Positions 1 to 15,454 of a stretch of 64,000 bases of DNA are shown here, piece after piece. Both the position numbers and the translations under genes were made by a program. Within the stretch, counting starts at the first letter, position 1; the number at the start of each line of letters is the position of its first letter. The stretch is taken from positions 91,388,001 to 91,452,000 of the forward strand of contig OZ024744.1 of NCBI GenBank assembly GCA_964016885.1. The letters are read 5' to 3'. Origin of the DNA: Eledone cirrhosa (Eukaryota). Below the pieces are notes generated by a model. That model saw nothing but the letters and a program-made list of their open reading frames with translations. It was not told where the DNA came from and made no database searches.

Positions 1-3000
1 CATTTCATCATGAAACCAATACTCCTTTACATGATGTACTGGGTACATTTCATCATGAAACCAGTACTACTTTACATGATGTACTGGGTACATTTCATCA
101 TGAAACCAGTACTACTTTACATGATGTACTCTGTACATTTCAGCATGAAACCAGTACTACTTTACACGATGTACTGGGTACATTTCATCATGAAACCAGT
201 ACTACTTTACATGATGTACTGGGTACATTTCATCATGAAACCAGTACTACTTTACATGATATACTGGGTACATTTCATCATGAAACCAGTACTACTTTAC
301 ATGATATACTGGGTACATTTCATCATGAAACCTGTACTACTTTACATGATGTACTCTGTACATTTCATCATGAAACCAGTACTACTTTATATGATGTACT
401 AGGTACATTTCATCATGAAACCAGTACTACTTTATATGATGTACTAGGTACATTTCATCATGAAACCAGTACTACTTTACATGATGTACTGGGGACATTT
501 CATCATGAAACCAGTAATACTTTACATGATGTGCTGGGTACATTTCATCATGAAACCAGTAATACTTTACATGATGTACTGGGTACATTTCATCATGAAA
601 CCAGTAATACTTTACATGATGTGCTGGGTACATTTCATCATGAAACCAGTACTACTTTACATGGTGTACTGGGTACATTTCATCATGAAACCAGTACTAC
701 TTTACATGGTGTACTGGGTACATTCTATCATGAAACCAGTACTACTTTACATGATGTACTGGGTACATTTCATCATGAAACCAGTACTACTTTACATGAT
801 ATACTGGGTACATTTCATCATGAAACCAGTACTACTTTACATGATATACTGGGTACATTCTATCATGAAACCAGTACTACTTTACATGATGTACTGGGTA
901 CATTTTATCATGAAACCAGTATTACTTTACATGATGTACTGGGTACATTTCATCATGAAACCAGTACTACTTTACATGATATACTGGGTACATTCTATCA
1001 TGAAACCAATACTCCTTTACATGATGTACTGGGTACATTTCATCATGAAACCAATACTCCTTTACATGATGTACTGGGTACATTTCATCATGAAACCAGT
1101 ACTACTTTACATGATATACTGGGTACATTCTATCATGAAACCAGTACTACTTTACATGATGTACTGGGTACATTTCATCATGAAACCAGTACTCCTTTAC
1201 ATGATGTACTGGGTACATTTCATCATGAAACCAGTACTACTTTACATGATGTACTGGGTACATTTCATCATGAAACCAGTACTACGTTACATGATGTACT
1301 GGGTACATTTCATCATGAAACCAGTACTACGTTACATGATGTCCTGGGTACCTTTCATCATGAAACCAGTACTACTTTACATGATGTACTGGGTACATTT
1401 CATCATGAAACCAGTACTACGTTACATGATGTACTGGGTACATTTCATCATGAAACCAGTACTACGTTACATGATGTCCTGGGTACATTTCACCATGAAA
1501 CCAGTACTATGTTACATGATGTACTGGGTACATTTCATCATGAAACCAGTACTACGTTACATGATGTACTGGGTACATTTCATCATGAAACCAGTACTAC
1601 TTTACATGATGTACTGGGTACATTTCATCATGAAACCAGTACTATGTTACATGATGTACTGGGTACATTTCATCATGAAACCAGTACTACTTTACATGAT
1701 GTACTGGGTACATTTCATCATGAAACCAGTGCTACTTTACATGATGTACTGGGTACATTTCATCATGAAACCAGTACTACTTTACATGATGTCCTGGGTA
1801 CATTTCATCATGAAACCAGTACTACTTTACATGATGTACTGGGTACATTTCATCATGAAACCAGTACTACTTTACATGATGTACTGGGTACATTTCATCA
1901 TGGAACCAGTACTACTTTACATGATGTACTGGGTACATTTCCTCATGAAACCAGTACTACTTTACATGATGTACTGGGTACATTTCATCATGAAACCAGT
2001 ACTACTTTACATGATGTACTGGGTACATTTCATCATGAAACCAGTACTACTTTACATGATGTACTGGGTTCATTTCATCATGAAACCAGTACTACGTTAC
2101 ATGATGTACTGGGTACATTTCATCATGGAACCAGTACTACTTTACATGATGTACTGGGTACATTTCATCATGGAAGCAGTACTACTTTACATGATGTACT
2201 GGGTACATTTCATCATGAAAGCAGTACTACCTTACATGATATACTGGGTACATTTCATCATGAAACCAGTACTACTTTACATGATATACTGGGTACATTT
2301 CATCATGAAACCAGTACTACTTTACATGATGTACTCTGTACATTTCAGCATGAAACCAGTACTACTTTACATGATGTACTGGGTACATTTCATCATGAAA
2401 CCAGTACTACTTTATATGATGTACTAGGTACATTTCATCATGAAACCAGTACTACTTTACATGATGTACTGGGAACATTTCATCATGAAACCAGTAATAC
2501 TTTACATGATGTGCTGGGTACATTTCATCATGAAACCAGTAATACTTTACATGATGTACTGGGTACATTTCATCATGAAACCAGTAATACTTTACATGAT
2601 GTGCTGGGTACATTTCATCATGAAACCAGTACTACTTTACATGATGTACTGGGTACATTTCATCATGGAACCAGTACTACTTTACATGATGTACTGGGTA
2701 CATTTCATCATGAAACCAGTACTACTTTACATGATGTCCTGGGTACATTTCATCATGAAACCAGTACTACTTTACATGATGTACTGGGTACATTTCATCA
2801 TGAAAGCAGTACTACTTTACACGATGTACTGGGTACATTTCATCATGAAACCAGTACTACGTTACATGATGTACTGGGTACATTTCATCATGAAACCAGT
2901 ACTACTTTACATGATGTGCTGGGTACATTTCATCATGAAACCAGTACTACTTTACATGATGTGCTGGGTACATTTCATCATGAAACCAGTACTACTTTAC

Positions 3001-6000
3001 ACGATGTACTGGGTACATTTCATCATGAAACCAGTACTACTTTACATGATGTACTGGGTACATTTCATCATGAAACCAGTACTACTTTACATGATGTACT
3101 GGGTACATTTCATCATGAAACCAGTACTACTTTACACGATGTACTGGGTACATTTCATCATGAAACCAGTACTACGTTACATGATGTACTGGGTACATTT
3201 CATCATGAAACCAGTACTACTTTACATGATGTACTGGGTACATTTCATCATGAAACCAGTACTACTTTACATGATGTACTGGGTACATTTCATCATGAAA
3301 CCAGTACTACTTTACATGATGTACTGGGTACATTTCATCATGAAACCAGTACTACTTTACATGATGTACTGGGTACATTTCATCATGAAACCAGTAATAC
3401 TTTACATGATGTACTGGGTACATTTCATCATGAAACCAGTACTACTTTACATGATGTACTGGGTACATTTCATCATGAAAGCAGTACTACCTTACATGAT
3501 ATACTGGGTACATTTCATCATGAAACCAGTACTACATTACATGATATACTGGGTACATTTCATCATGAAACCAGTACTACTTTACATGATGTACTCTGTA
3601 CATTTCAGCATGAAACCAGTACTACTTTACATGATGTACTGGGTACATTTCATCATGAAGCCAGTACTACTTTATATGATGTACTAGGTACATTTCATCA
3701 TGAAACCAGTACTACTTTACATGATGTACTGGGAACATTTCATCATGAAACCAGTAATACTTTACATGATGTGCTGGGTACATTTCATCATGAAACCAGT
3801 AATACTTTACATGATGTACTGGGTACATTTCATCATGAAACCAGTAATACTTTACATGATGTGCTGGGTACATTTCATCATGAAACCAGTACTACTTTAC
3901 ATGATGTACTGGGTACATTTCATCATGAAACCAGTATTACTTTACATGATGTGCTGGGTACATTTCATCATGAAACCAGTACTACTTTACATGATGTACT
4001 CTGTACATTTCAGCATGAAACCAGTACTACTTTACATGATGTACTGGGTACATTTCATCATGAAACCAGTACTACGTTACATGATGTACTGGGTACATTT
4101 CATCATGAAACCAGTACTACTTTACATGATGTGCTGGGTACATTTCATCATGAAACCAGTACTACTTTACATGATGTGCTGGGTACATTTCATCATGAAA
4201 CCAATACTCCTTTACATGATGTACTGGGTACATTTCATCGTGAAACCAGTACTACTTTACATGATGTACTGGGTACATTTCATCATGAAACCAGTACTAC
4301 TTTACATGATGTACTGGGTACATTTCATCATGAAACCAGTACTACTTTACATGATGTACTGGGTACATTTCATCATGAAATCAATACTCCTTTACATGAT
4401 GTACTGGGTACATTTCATCATGAAACCAGTACTACTTTACATGATGTACTGGGTACATTTCATCATGAAACCAGTACTACTTTACATGATGTACTCTGTA
4501 CATTTCAGCATGAAACCAGTACTACTTTACACGATGTACTGGGTACATTTCATCATGAAACCAGTACTACTTTACATGATGTACTGGGTACATTTCATCA
4601 TGAAACCAGTACTACTTTACATGATATACTGGGTACATTTCATCATGAAACCAGTACTACTTTACATGATATACTGGGTACATTTCATCATGAAACCAGT
4701 ACTACTTTACATGATGTACTCTGTACATTTCATCATGAAACCAGTACTACTTTATATGATTTACTAGGTACATTTCATCATGAAACCAGTACTACTTTAT
4801 ATGATGTACTAGGTACATTTCATCATGAAACCAGTACTACTTTACATGATGTACTGGGGACATTTCATCATGAAACCAGTAATACTTTACATGATGTGCT
4901 GGGTACATTTCATCATGAAACCAGTAATACTTTACATGATGTACTGGGTACATTTCATCATGAAACCAGTAATACTTTACATGATGTGCTGGGTACATTT
5001 CATCATGAAACCAGTACTACTTTACATGGTGTACTGGGTACATTTCATCATGAAACCAGTACTACTTTACATGGTGTACTGGGTACATTCTATCATGAAA
5101 CCAGTACTACTTTACATGATGTACTGGGTACATTTCATCATGAAACCAGTACTACTTTACATGATATACTGGGTACATTTCATCATGAAACCAGTACTAC
5201 TTTACATGATATACTGGGTACATTCTATCATGAAACCAGTACTACTTTACATGATGTACTGGGTACATTTTATCATGAAACCAGTACTACTTTACATGAT
5301 GTACTGGGTACATTTCATCATGAAACCAGTGCTACTTTACATGATGTACTGGGTACATTTCATCATGAAACCAGTACTACTTTACATGATGTACTGGGTA
5401 CATTTCATCATGAAACCAATACTCCTTTACATGATGTACTGGGTACATTTCATCATGAAACCAGTACTCCTTTACATGATGTACTGGGTACATTTCATCA
5501 TGAAACCAGTACTACTTTACATGATGTACTGGGTACATTTCATCATGAAACCAGTACTACGTTACATGATGTACTGGGTACATTTCATCATGAAACCAGT
5601 ACTACGTTACATGATGTCCTGGGTACATTTCATCATGAAACCAGTACTACTTTACATGATGTACTGGGTACATTTCATCATGAAACCAGTACTACGTTAC
5701 ATGATGTCCTGGGTACATTTCACCATGAAACCAGTACTATGTTACATGATGTACTGGGTACATTTCATCATGAAACCAGTACTATGTTACATGATGTACT
5801 GGGTACATTTCATCATGAAACCAGTACTACTTTACATGATGTACTGGGTACATTTCATCATGAAACCAGTGCTACTTTACATGATGTACTGGGTACATTT
5901 CATCATGAAACCAGTACTACTTTACATGATGTCCTGGGTACATTTCATCATGAAACCAGTACTACTTTACATGATGTACTGGGTACATTTCATCATGAAA

Positions 6001-8833
6001 CCAGTACTACTTTACATGATTTACTGGGTACATTTCATCATGGAACCAGTACTACTTTACATGATGTACTGGGTACATTTCATCATGAAACCAGTACTAC
6101 TTTACATGATGTACTGGGTACATTTCATCATGAAACCAGTAATACTTTACATGATGTGCTGGGTACATTTCATCATGAAACCAGTACTACTTTACATGAT
6201 GTACTGGGTACATTTCATCATGGAACCAGTACTACTTTACATGATGTACTGGGTACATTTCATCATGAAACCAGTACTACTTTACATGATGTCCTGGGTA
6301 CATTTCATCATGAAACCAGTACTACTTTACATGATGTACTGGGTACATTTCATCATGAAAGCAGTACTACTTTACACGATGTACTGGGTACATTTCATCA
6401 TGAAACCAGTACTACGTTACATGATGTACTGGGTACATTTCATCATGAAACCAGTACTACTTTACATGATGTGCTGGGTACATTTCATCATGAAACCAGT
6501 ACTACTTTACATGATGTGCTGGATACATTTCATCATGAAACCAGTACTACTTTACACGATGTACTGGGTACATTTCATCATGAAACCAGTACTACTTTAC
6601 ATGATGTACTGGGTACATTTCATCATGAAACCAGTACTACTTTACATGATGTACTGGGTACATTTCATCATGAAACCAGTACTACTTTACACGATGTACT
6701 GGGTACATTTCATCATGAAACCAATACTACGTTACATGATGTACTGGGTACATTTCATCATGAAACCAGTACTACTTTACATGATGTACTGGGTACATTT
6801 CATCATGAAACCAGTACTACTTTACATGATGTACTGGGTACATTTCATCATGAAACCAGTACTACTTTACATGATGTACTGGGTACATTTCATCATGAAA
6901 CCAGTACTACTTTACATGATGTACTGGGTACATTTCATCATGAAACCAGTAATACTTTACATGATGTACTGGGTACATTTCATCATGAAAGCAGTACTAC
7001 CTTACATGATATACTGGGTACATTTCATCATGAAACCAGTACTACTTTACATGATATACTGGGTACATTTCATCATGAAACCAGTACTACTTTACATGAT
7101 GTACTCTGTACATTTCAGCATGAAACCAGTACTACTTTACATGATGTACTGGGTACATTTCATCATGAAGCCAGTACTACTTTATATGATGTACTAGGTA
7201 CATTTCATCATGAAACCAGTACTACTTTACATGATGTACTGGGAACATTTCATCATGAAACCAGTAATACTTTACATGATGTGCTGGGTACATTTCATCA
7301 TGAAACCAGTAATACTTTACATGATGTACTGGGTACATTTCATCATGAAACCAGTAATACTTTACATGATGTGCTGGGTACATTTCATCATGAAACCAGT
7401 ACTACTTTACATGATGTACTGGGTACATTTCATCATGAAACCAGTACTACTTTACATGGTGTACTGGGTACATTCTATCATGAAACCAGTACTACTTTAC
7501 ATGATGTACTGGGTACATTTCATCATGAAACCAATACTCCTTTACATGATGTACTGGGTACATTTCATCATGAAACCAGTACTACTTTACATGATGTACT
7601 GGGTACATTTCATCATGAAACCAGTACTACTTTACATGATGTACTGGGTACATTTCATCATGAAACCAGTACTACTTTACATGATGTACTGGGTACATTT
7701 CATCATGAAACCAGTACTACTTTACATTATGTACTGGGTACATTTCATCATGAAACCAGTACTACGTTTCATGATGTACTGGGTACATTTCATCATGAAA
7801 CCAGTACTACGTTACAGGATGTACTGGGTACATTTCATCATGAAACCAGTACTACTTTACATGATGTACTTGGTACATTTCATCATGAAACCAGTGCTAC
7901 TTTACATGATGTACTGGGTAGATTTTATCATGAAACCAGTACTACTTTACATGATGTCCTGGGTACATTTCATCATGAAATCAATACTCCTTTACATGAT
8001 GTACTGGGTACATTTCATCATGAAACCAGTACTACTTTACATGATGTACTGGGTACATTCCATCATGAAACCAGTGCTACTTTACATGATGTACTGGGTA
8101 CATTTCCTCATGAAACCAGTACTACTTTAAATGTTGTTCTGGGTACATTTCATCATGAAACCAGTACTACTTTACATGATGTACTGGGTACATTCTATCA
8201 TGAAACCAGTACTAATTTACATGATGTACTGGGTACATTCCATCATGAAACCAGTGCTACTTTACATGATGTACTGGGTACATTTCCTCATGAAACCAGT
8301 ACTACTTTAAATGTTGTTCTGGGTACATTTCATCATGAAACCAGTACTACTTTACATGATGTACTGGGTACATTTCATCATGAAACCAGTACTACTTTAC
8401 ATGATGTACTGGGTACATTTCATCATGAAACCAGTACTACTTTACATGATGTACTGGGTACATTTCATCATGAAACCAGTACTACTTTACATGATGTACT
8501 GGGTACATTCTATCATGAAACCAGTACTACTTTACATGATGTACTTGGTACATTTCATCATGAAACCAGTAATACTTTACATGATGTACTGGGTACATTT
8601 CATCATGAAACCAGTACTACTTTACATGATGTACTGGGTACATTCTATCATGAAACCAGTACTACTTTACATGATGTACTGGGTACATTTCATCATGAAA
8701 CCAGTACTACTTTACATGATGTACTGGGTACATTTCATCATGAAACCAGTACTACTTTAAATGATGTTCTGGGTACATTTCATCATGAAACCAGTACTAC
8801 TTTACACGATGTACTGGGTACATTTCATCATGT
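1..8833. repeat. 45-bp tandem satellite (~196 units, runs off window start)
   Basis: Consensus CATTTCATCATGAAACCAGTACTACTTTACATGATGTACTGGGTA. Phase is kept across the array; only substitutions seen. Confidence 0.98.
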
Positions 8834-9830
8834 CATGACTCCCGCAATATTAATTTATAGAGTTTACTGGGTACATTTTATTATAGCACAAGCACGACCA
8901 CTTTACAGAGTGTACTGGGTGCATATTATTATGGTGTCAACACTAACAACATTTTTCAGTGTGACTGGGTGCATTTTTTTAATGACACCAGCACTACCAC
9001 TTTACAGAGTGTACTGGGTGCTTTTTTATTTATTTATTTATTCTGTGGAACCAGTACTACCATTTTATAGTGTGTATGGTGTGTATTTCATTGTGGAAAA
9101 ACCACTAACACATTTCAGAGTGTACTACAGGCTTTTTTCACGATACCAGCACTATCACATTACAGAGTGTAACGGGTGTGATTTTATTAATGTATTTATT
9201 ATATTTTTGGAAGGGGAGAACCAGCACTACCTCTTTATAGAGTGTACTGTGTGTATTTAACCCCAGTACCAACACTAACATCTTACAGAGTGTACTGGGT
9301 GCCTTTTTTTCAAGACACCAGCACTACCACTTTACATAGTGTAATGGGTGTCATTTTCTTTACTTATTTTTTGTGGAACCAGCACTACCACTTTACAGAG
9401 TGTACTTGGTACTTGTTTTCATGACACCAGCACTACCACCTTACAGAGTGTACTGGGTGCTTGTTATCATGACACCAGCACTACCACTTTACAGAGTGTA
9501 CTGGGTACATTTTATTGTAGCAACAACACTAACACTTTACTGAGTGTACTGGGTGTATTTTATCATAGCAACAACCCTAACACTTTACAGAGTGTACTGG
9601 GTGTATTTTATTGTGGCAACAACACTACTACATTACAGTGTGTACTGAGTGCATTTTATTAGTTAATTAATTTATTTATTTCGTGGAACCAACACTACCA
9701 CATTATAGAGTGTACTGAGTGTATTTTATCATGGCAACAACACCAACACTTTACAGAGTGTACTGGATACATTTTATCATGGCAACAACACTAACACTTT
9801 GCAGAGTGTACTGGGTGTATTTTTATAGTG
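8834..9830. repeat. Diverged ~48-bp units at the satellite edge
   Basis: Units such as CATGACACCAGCACTACCACTTTACAGAGTGTACTGGGTGCTTGTTAT; 16-aa periodicity in ORF 9348..9662. Confidence 0.85.
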
Positions 9831-10508
9831 TTTCTATATTATATTATATTATATCATTTTTTGTTGCCACAAAAAAAAAAAAAAAAAAAGGTTGCTGGAA
9901 TTGTTTGTTTGTTTTTGAAAGTTTCGACTGATGCATGCGGTGTAAATGTGTCAGGGACAGGCCACAGATGCACAATGTAATTATTTGACACTTTATAACA
10001 CTATACAATGCTATCACTTAATATCATTGAATATATAACGTGGTATATATGTGTGTGTATGTGCTACATGTGTGTTCTGCTTCACTCTCATGACTTTTTC
10101 CATGATGTAATTTACACACACACACATATATATATATATGTGTGTGTGTAAATTACATCATGGAAAAAGTCATGAGAGTGAAGCAGAACACACATGTAGC
10201 ACATACACACACATATATACCACGTTATATATTCAATGATATTAAGTGATAGCATTGTATAGTGTTATAAAGTGTCAAATAATTACATTGTGCATCTGTG
10301 GCCTGTCCCTGACACATTTACACCGCATGCATCAGTCGAAACTTTCAAAAACAAACAAACAATTCCAGCAACCTTTTTTTTTTTTTTTTTTTGTGGCAAC
10401 AAAAAATGATATAATATAATATAATATAATATAGAAACACTATAAAAATACACCCAGTACACTCTGCAAAGTGTTAGTGTTGTTGCCATGATAAAATGTA
10501 TCCAGTAC
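9758..10508. repeat. Long fold-back palindrome, ~370-bp arms, centred on (CA)n(TA)n(TG)n at ~10132
   Basis: GTACTGGATACATTTTATCATGGCAAC... on the left is mirrored by ...GTTGCCATGATAAAATGTATCCAGTAC on the right. Differences seen only in microsatellite copy number. Confidence 0.95.
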
Positions 10509-10527
10509 ATGATAAAATGTATCCAGT

Positions 10528-10953
<426 letters not shown>

Positions 10954-10954
10954 G

Positions 10955-11150
10955 TAATAATTATTTCTACTTTTGGCACAAGGCCAGCAAATACCCAGTG
11001 CATTACTGGTACTTTATTTTATCGACCCCATAAGGATGAAAGGCAAAGTTAACCTCGGCGGGATTTGAACTCTGAATGGCAAGGGGCGTAACTCTATGCA
11101 TCAAAGCATGCCGTCCGACCCTCTACCGATACTGCCAATCCACCGCCCTT
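10955..11150 (-). mobile_element. tRNA-derived SINE with Nin/Deu-like core
   Basis: Minus strand: A-box-like GGATTGGCAGTATCGG, B-box GAGTTCAAATCCC, core GCCTTTCATCCTTATGGGGTCGATAAAATAAAGTACCAG, (TTA) tail. Many copies in the window. Confidence 0.85.
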
Positions 11151-11160
11151 ATATATATAT

Positions 11161-11325
11161 AGTAATAATAATAAATGTGAAGACTAAAATCCAAAGAGGG
11201 CTCGATAAGGATAAATATATATCAAATATATAAGAACTGTAGAGCAAATATTTATTAAAATAACAGATTAAAGTTTAAGCAAAGAATCGCTGCTTTCACC
11301 CTTAACGGGATCTTCTGAAACTAAA
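11161..11325. mobile_element. Short TA-flanked element, same family as the 31895-32340 palindrome
   Basis: AAGACTAAAATCCAAAGAGGGCTCGATAAGGA...CTTCTGAAAC is the reverse complement of ~32175-32340. Confidence 0.75.
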
Positions 11326-11596
11326 AATAACCAAATACACACACACATATATGAATATATATATATATATATACAAATAAATACATTATATATATATATA
11401 CACACACAAACATACAAGCACATGAACATTAACATATATTGCACACATATATTTCCAGATTTTGGTAACCATTGTAGAGAATACAGAATAATTTTGTTTT
11501 TGTTTAAAACATGGCAAAACAATCTTGTCATTGTTCTTGCTTGTTTGAGATTCTGCACACATACACATGTATCCACACCCTACATTCACACACACA

Positions 11597-11627
<31 letters not shown>

Positions 11628-11852
11628 GCACACATTTGCTCATACACACATATACAATCATGCTTGCATATACACACACACATTCATACATTCATGCCTT
11701 CTGACAGTCACACATACACATACATACACATTCACACATACACATACATACACATTCACCTGCAAACACAGGTTAATAACATTTCTGTACCTGGTTTAAA
11801 TGCTCAAGATATGTCTTCTATGACAATGGTGACCCGATAATTCCATCAGAAG

Positions 11853-12078
11853 TTAACCCTTTAGAATTCACATTATTTTATATATACTATTATATTTTAA
11901 TGGTAAATGCTTTACCTCACATAATATCTCACATAATATCGAATCTATGAAATTTTGAAAGTATTTATTTTGAGAACAATACCTTAACATCAGTTTGAGC
12001 GACCAGTTACAGCCAGTTTCAACAGAAAGAGGTAAAGAATTCTGGCCAGTTTTGGCCGGTTTGAACATTAAAGTTTAG
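11853..12078. mobile_element. TTAA-target MITE (piggyBac-like), degraded copy
   Basis: Starts TTAACCCTTTAG; body is the reverse complement of 31059-31491 without the nested SINE. Confidence 0.7.
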
Positions 12079-12294
12079 GGTATCACATACACACATGCAT
12101 ACTCTAGTAAAGATATAAACATTTGAATCAACAAACCTGTTTTTAGATATTTTCTACTATAATCATTACAGGATGTTAAGAGATATTATTGCAAATTTTC
12201 ACAGCAATCTGTCCATTATTAAAGATATTATAAACATTTGAATTAACAAACCTATTTTTAGATATTTTCTGCTAAATCGTAACCCAACATTTTG

Positions 12295-13198
12295 TTAACC
12301 TTTTATTTACCAAACCAGCCAAAACTGGCTCTTGTTCTATGAAATAAAACCACCCATTTTAAAGGTTTCTAATTTAAATTAAAATTTTCCAACATAATTG
12401 GATTAAGTTACTATCTTTGTTACCAACCCAGCTACAACCAGCTCTGGTTCTCTGAAATAAAACCACTCATTTTAAAGGTTTCAAAATTAAATTAAAATCT
12501 TCCAATATAATATTATATAAGAATCTTACATTGAGTTACTATCTTACCAGTCCAGACAAAACTGGTTCTGGTTCTATGAAATAAAACCACCCACTTTGAA
12601 AGTTTCCAATGTGTATTAAAACCGTCCAACATAATTTCATATAAAGACCTTACATTAGTAGCCAAAACTCGTTCTGGTTCAATGAAATAAAAGCTCCCAT
12701 TTTGAAAGTTTCCATTGTGTATTAAAACCTTCCAACATAATTTCATATAAAGACCTTACATTAGTAGCCAAAACTCGTTCTGATTCTATGAAATAAAACC
12801 ACCCATTTCGAAGGTTTCCAATGTGTATTAAAACCTTCCAACATAATTTCATATAAGTACCTTACATTAGTAGCCAAAACTCGTTCTGGTTCTATGAAAT
12901 AAAACCACCCATTTCGAAGGTTTCCAATGTGTATTTAAAACCTTCCAACATAATTTCATATAAAGACCTTACATTAGTAGCCAAAACTCGTTCTGGTTCT
13001 ATGAAATAAAACCACCCATTTTAAAAGTTTCCAATTGAAACTAAAATCTTCCAACATAATTTTATATAAGAACCTTTCATTAAGTTACAATCTTAGTGAT
13101 GAAATAATTAATAATTTTAGTAAATGCCCACCAAATTTCCTCATTAGTTAATTAAAATGCAGTGCATTTCATTAAAAATGCGGTCATGAAAGGATTAA
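12295..13198. mobile_element. TTAA-flanked MITE-like element with internal ~106-bp tandem array
   Basis: Ends TTAACCTTTTTATTTACC / GGTCATGAAAGGATTAA. Unit ATAATTTCATATAA recurs at 12631, 12737, 12843 and 12950. Confidence 0.6.
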
Positions 13199-13467
13199 AG
13201 AAAGCCACCAAGTCCAAATATGTTGGTTTTATTGTTGCTGTTAGTATTATTGACAGTGGGTGTGACTGATGTTTTTTTTCTGTAGTAATTGCTGATGGGT
13301 GTGGGTTTTTATGGTTTTCTAATATGAAAGATTTCTGGAAATTTTCTTTGCAACACAAGAAGAAATACTGACCTCTTTATGAGTTTTTTTTTCTCTAAAA
13401 CTGCCAGGCTTGAAAAAAAAACCCCAAAACAAACAAAACAAAAAGAAAATGGCTAATGTTTCATACT

Positions 13468-14200
<733 letters not shown>

Positions 14201-14462
14201 TTTGGTGGAGATCTTTGTTTTTTTTTTTTTTGTTGGTGCTGTTAATCTATATATATTACATTTGAATGTCACATCACATCACCCAGAACACTGCGACATG
14301 TTCTTATTGCCACTCTGGATATCCCCAAAGACATGTTCTGTTTACGAAAAACATCTCACACATAACACTGCCTGGCCATCTGGCCATCACCACACACAAC
14401 AGTCATCGTGGCAGAGAAATAGTTACAGTCCTTTTTATTGTGAGTTCAAATCCAACCCGAGG

Positions 14463-14933
14463 ATGTGTGTGTATTTATGTATGTATGTATGAATGTATGT
14501 ATGTATGTATGTATGTATGTATGTATGTATGTATGTATGTATATATGTATGGATGTATGTATGTGTGTGTGTGTGTATGTATGTATGCGTGTATGTATGT
14601 ATGTATGTATGTATGTATGTATGTATGTATGTATGTATGTATGTATGTATGAATGTATGTATGTATGAATGTATGTATGTATGTATGTATGTATGTATGT
14701 ATGTATGTATGTATATATGTATGCATGTATGTATGTGTGTGTGTGTGTATGTATGTATGCATGTATGTATGTATGTATGTATATATGTATGCATGTATGT
14801 ATGTATGTGTGTGTGTGTATGTATGTATGCATGTATGTATGTATGTGTGTGTGTGTGTATGTATGTATATATCTATGCATGTATGTATGTATGTGTGTGT
14901 GTGTGTCTGTGTGTGTGTGTGTGTGTGTGTATG
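14463..14933. repeat. (GTAT)n/(GT)n microsatellite
   Basis: Direct reading. Confidence 0.95.
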
Positions 14934-14939
14934 TTCTTC

Positions 14940-15208
14940 TGGTTTTATAATTTCACAAAGTTTTACCAATAGAGAGAGAGAGAGTCGGTTTCTAACATAG
15001 ACACAAGACTCTCTCATTGGAATTTACACAACATCAACTAGGTAGATATGTATGTATGTCTGCATGTGTAGATATGGATGTTATTGTACGTGTGGATGTG
15101 GATGTTTTGAGTTGTATTTGTGCATGTACATATGCTTTCTATCTGTACATGTGTATATGCAGTTATTGATGCAAAATTTTTGGAATGTTTTACATATTTT
15201 TACTGTTC
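14940..15208 (+). repeat. Unclassified interspersed repeat (second copy at 59680-59941)
   Basis: TTCTAACATAGACACAAGACTCTCTCATTGGAATTTACACAACATCAACTAGGTAGATATG is shared by both copies. Confidence 0.8.
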
Positions 15209-15454
15209 CATATGTATGTATGTTTGTATGTATGTCCCACACTGTACAAAATACCTTTAAGAATGATTGATTTCTGCCAAAGGTTGAGAAGCATCTTTAG
15301 TTTCAATTGAATTTGCAGGGTTGGTTAGGAAGATCAAATTAGTCTGTATCAGACATAACAGCGAAGAACTCCAGTTTATGACATAGCTCTAAAATAGTCT
15401 TGCTTGTTTTAAAACTGTTAAAGAGATTTGCCCGTTACATATACATGAGCCTTA

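Noticed and set aside
10-8760. MKPVLLYMMYWVHFI-repeat ORFs
   Set aside because: Alternate frame of a 45-bp satellite, broken by scattered TAG/TAA variants.
1-8833. CRISPR-like array
   Set aside because: No unique spacers, no cas genes, eukaryotic context. The same applies to the 48-bp arrays.
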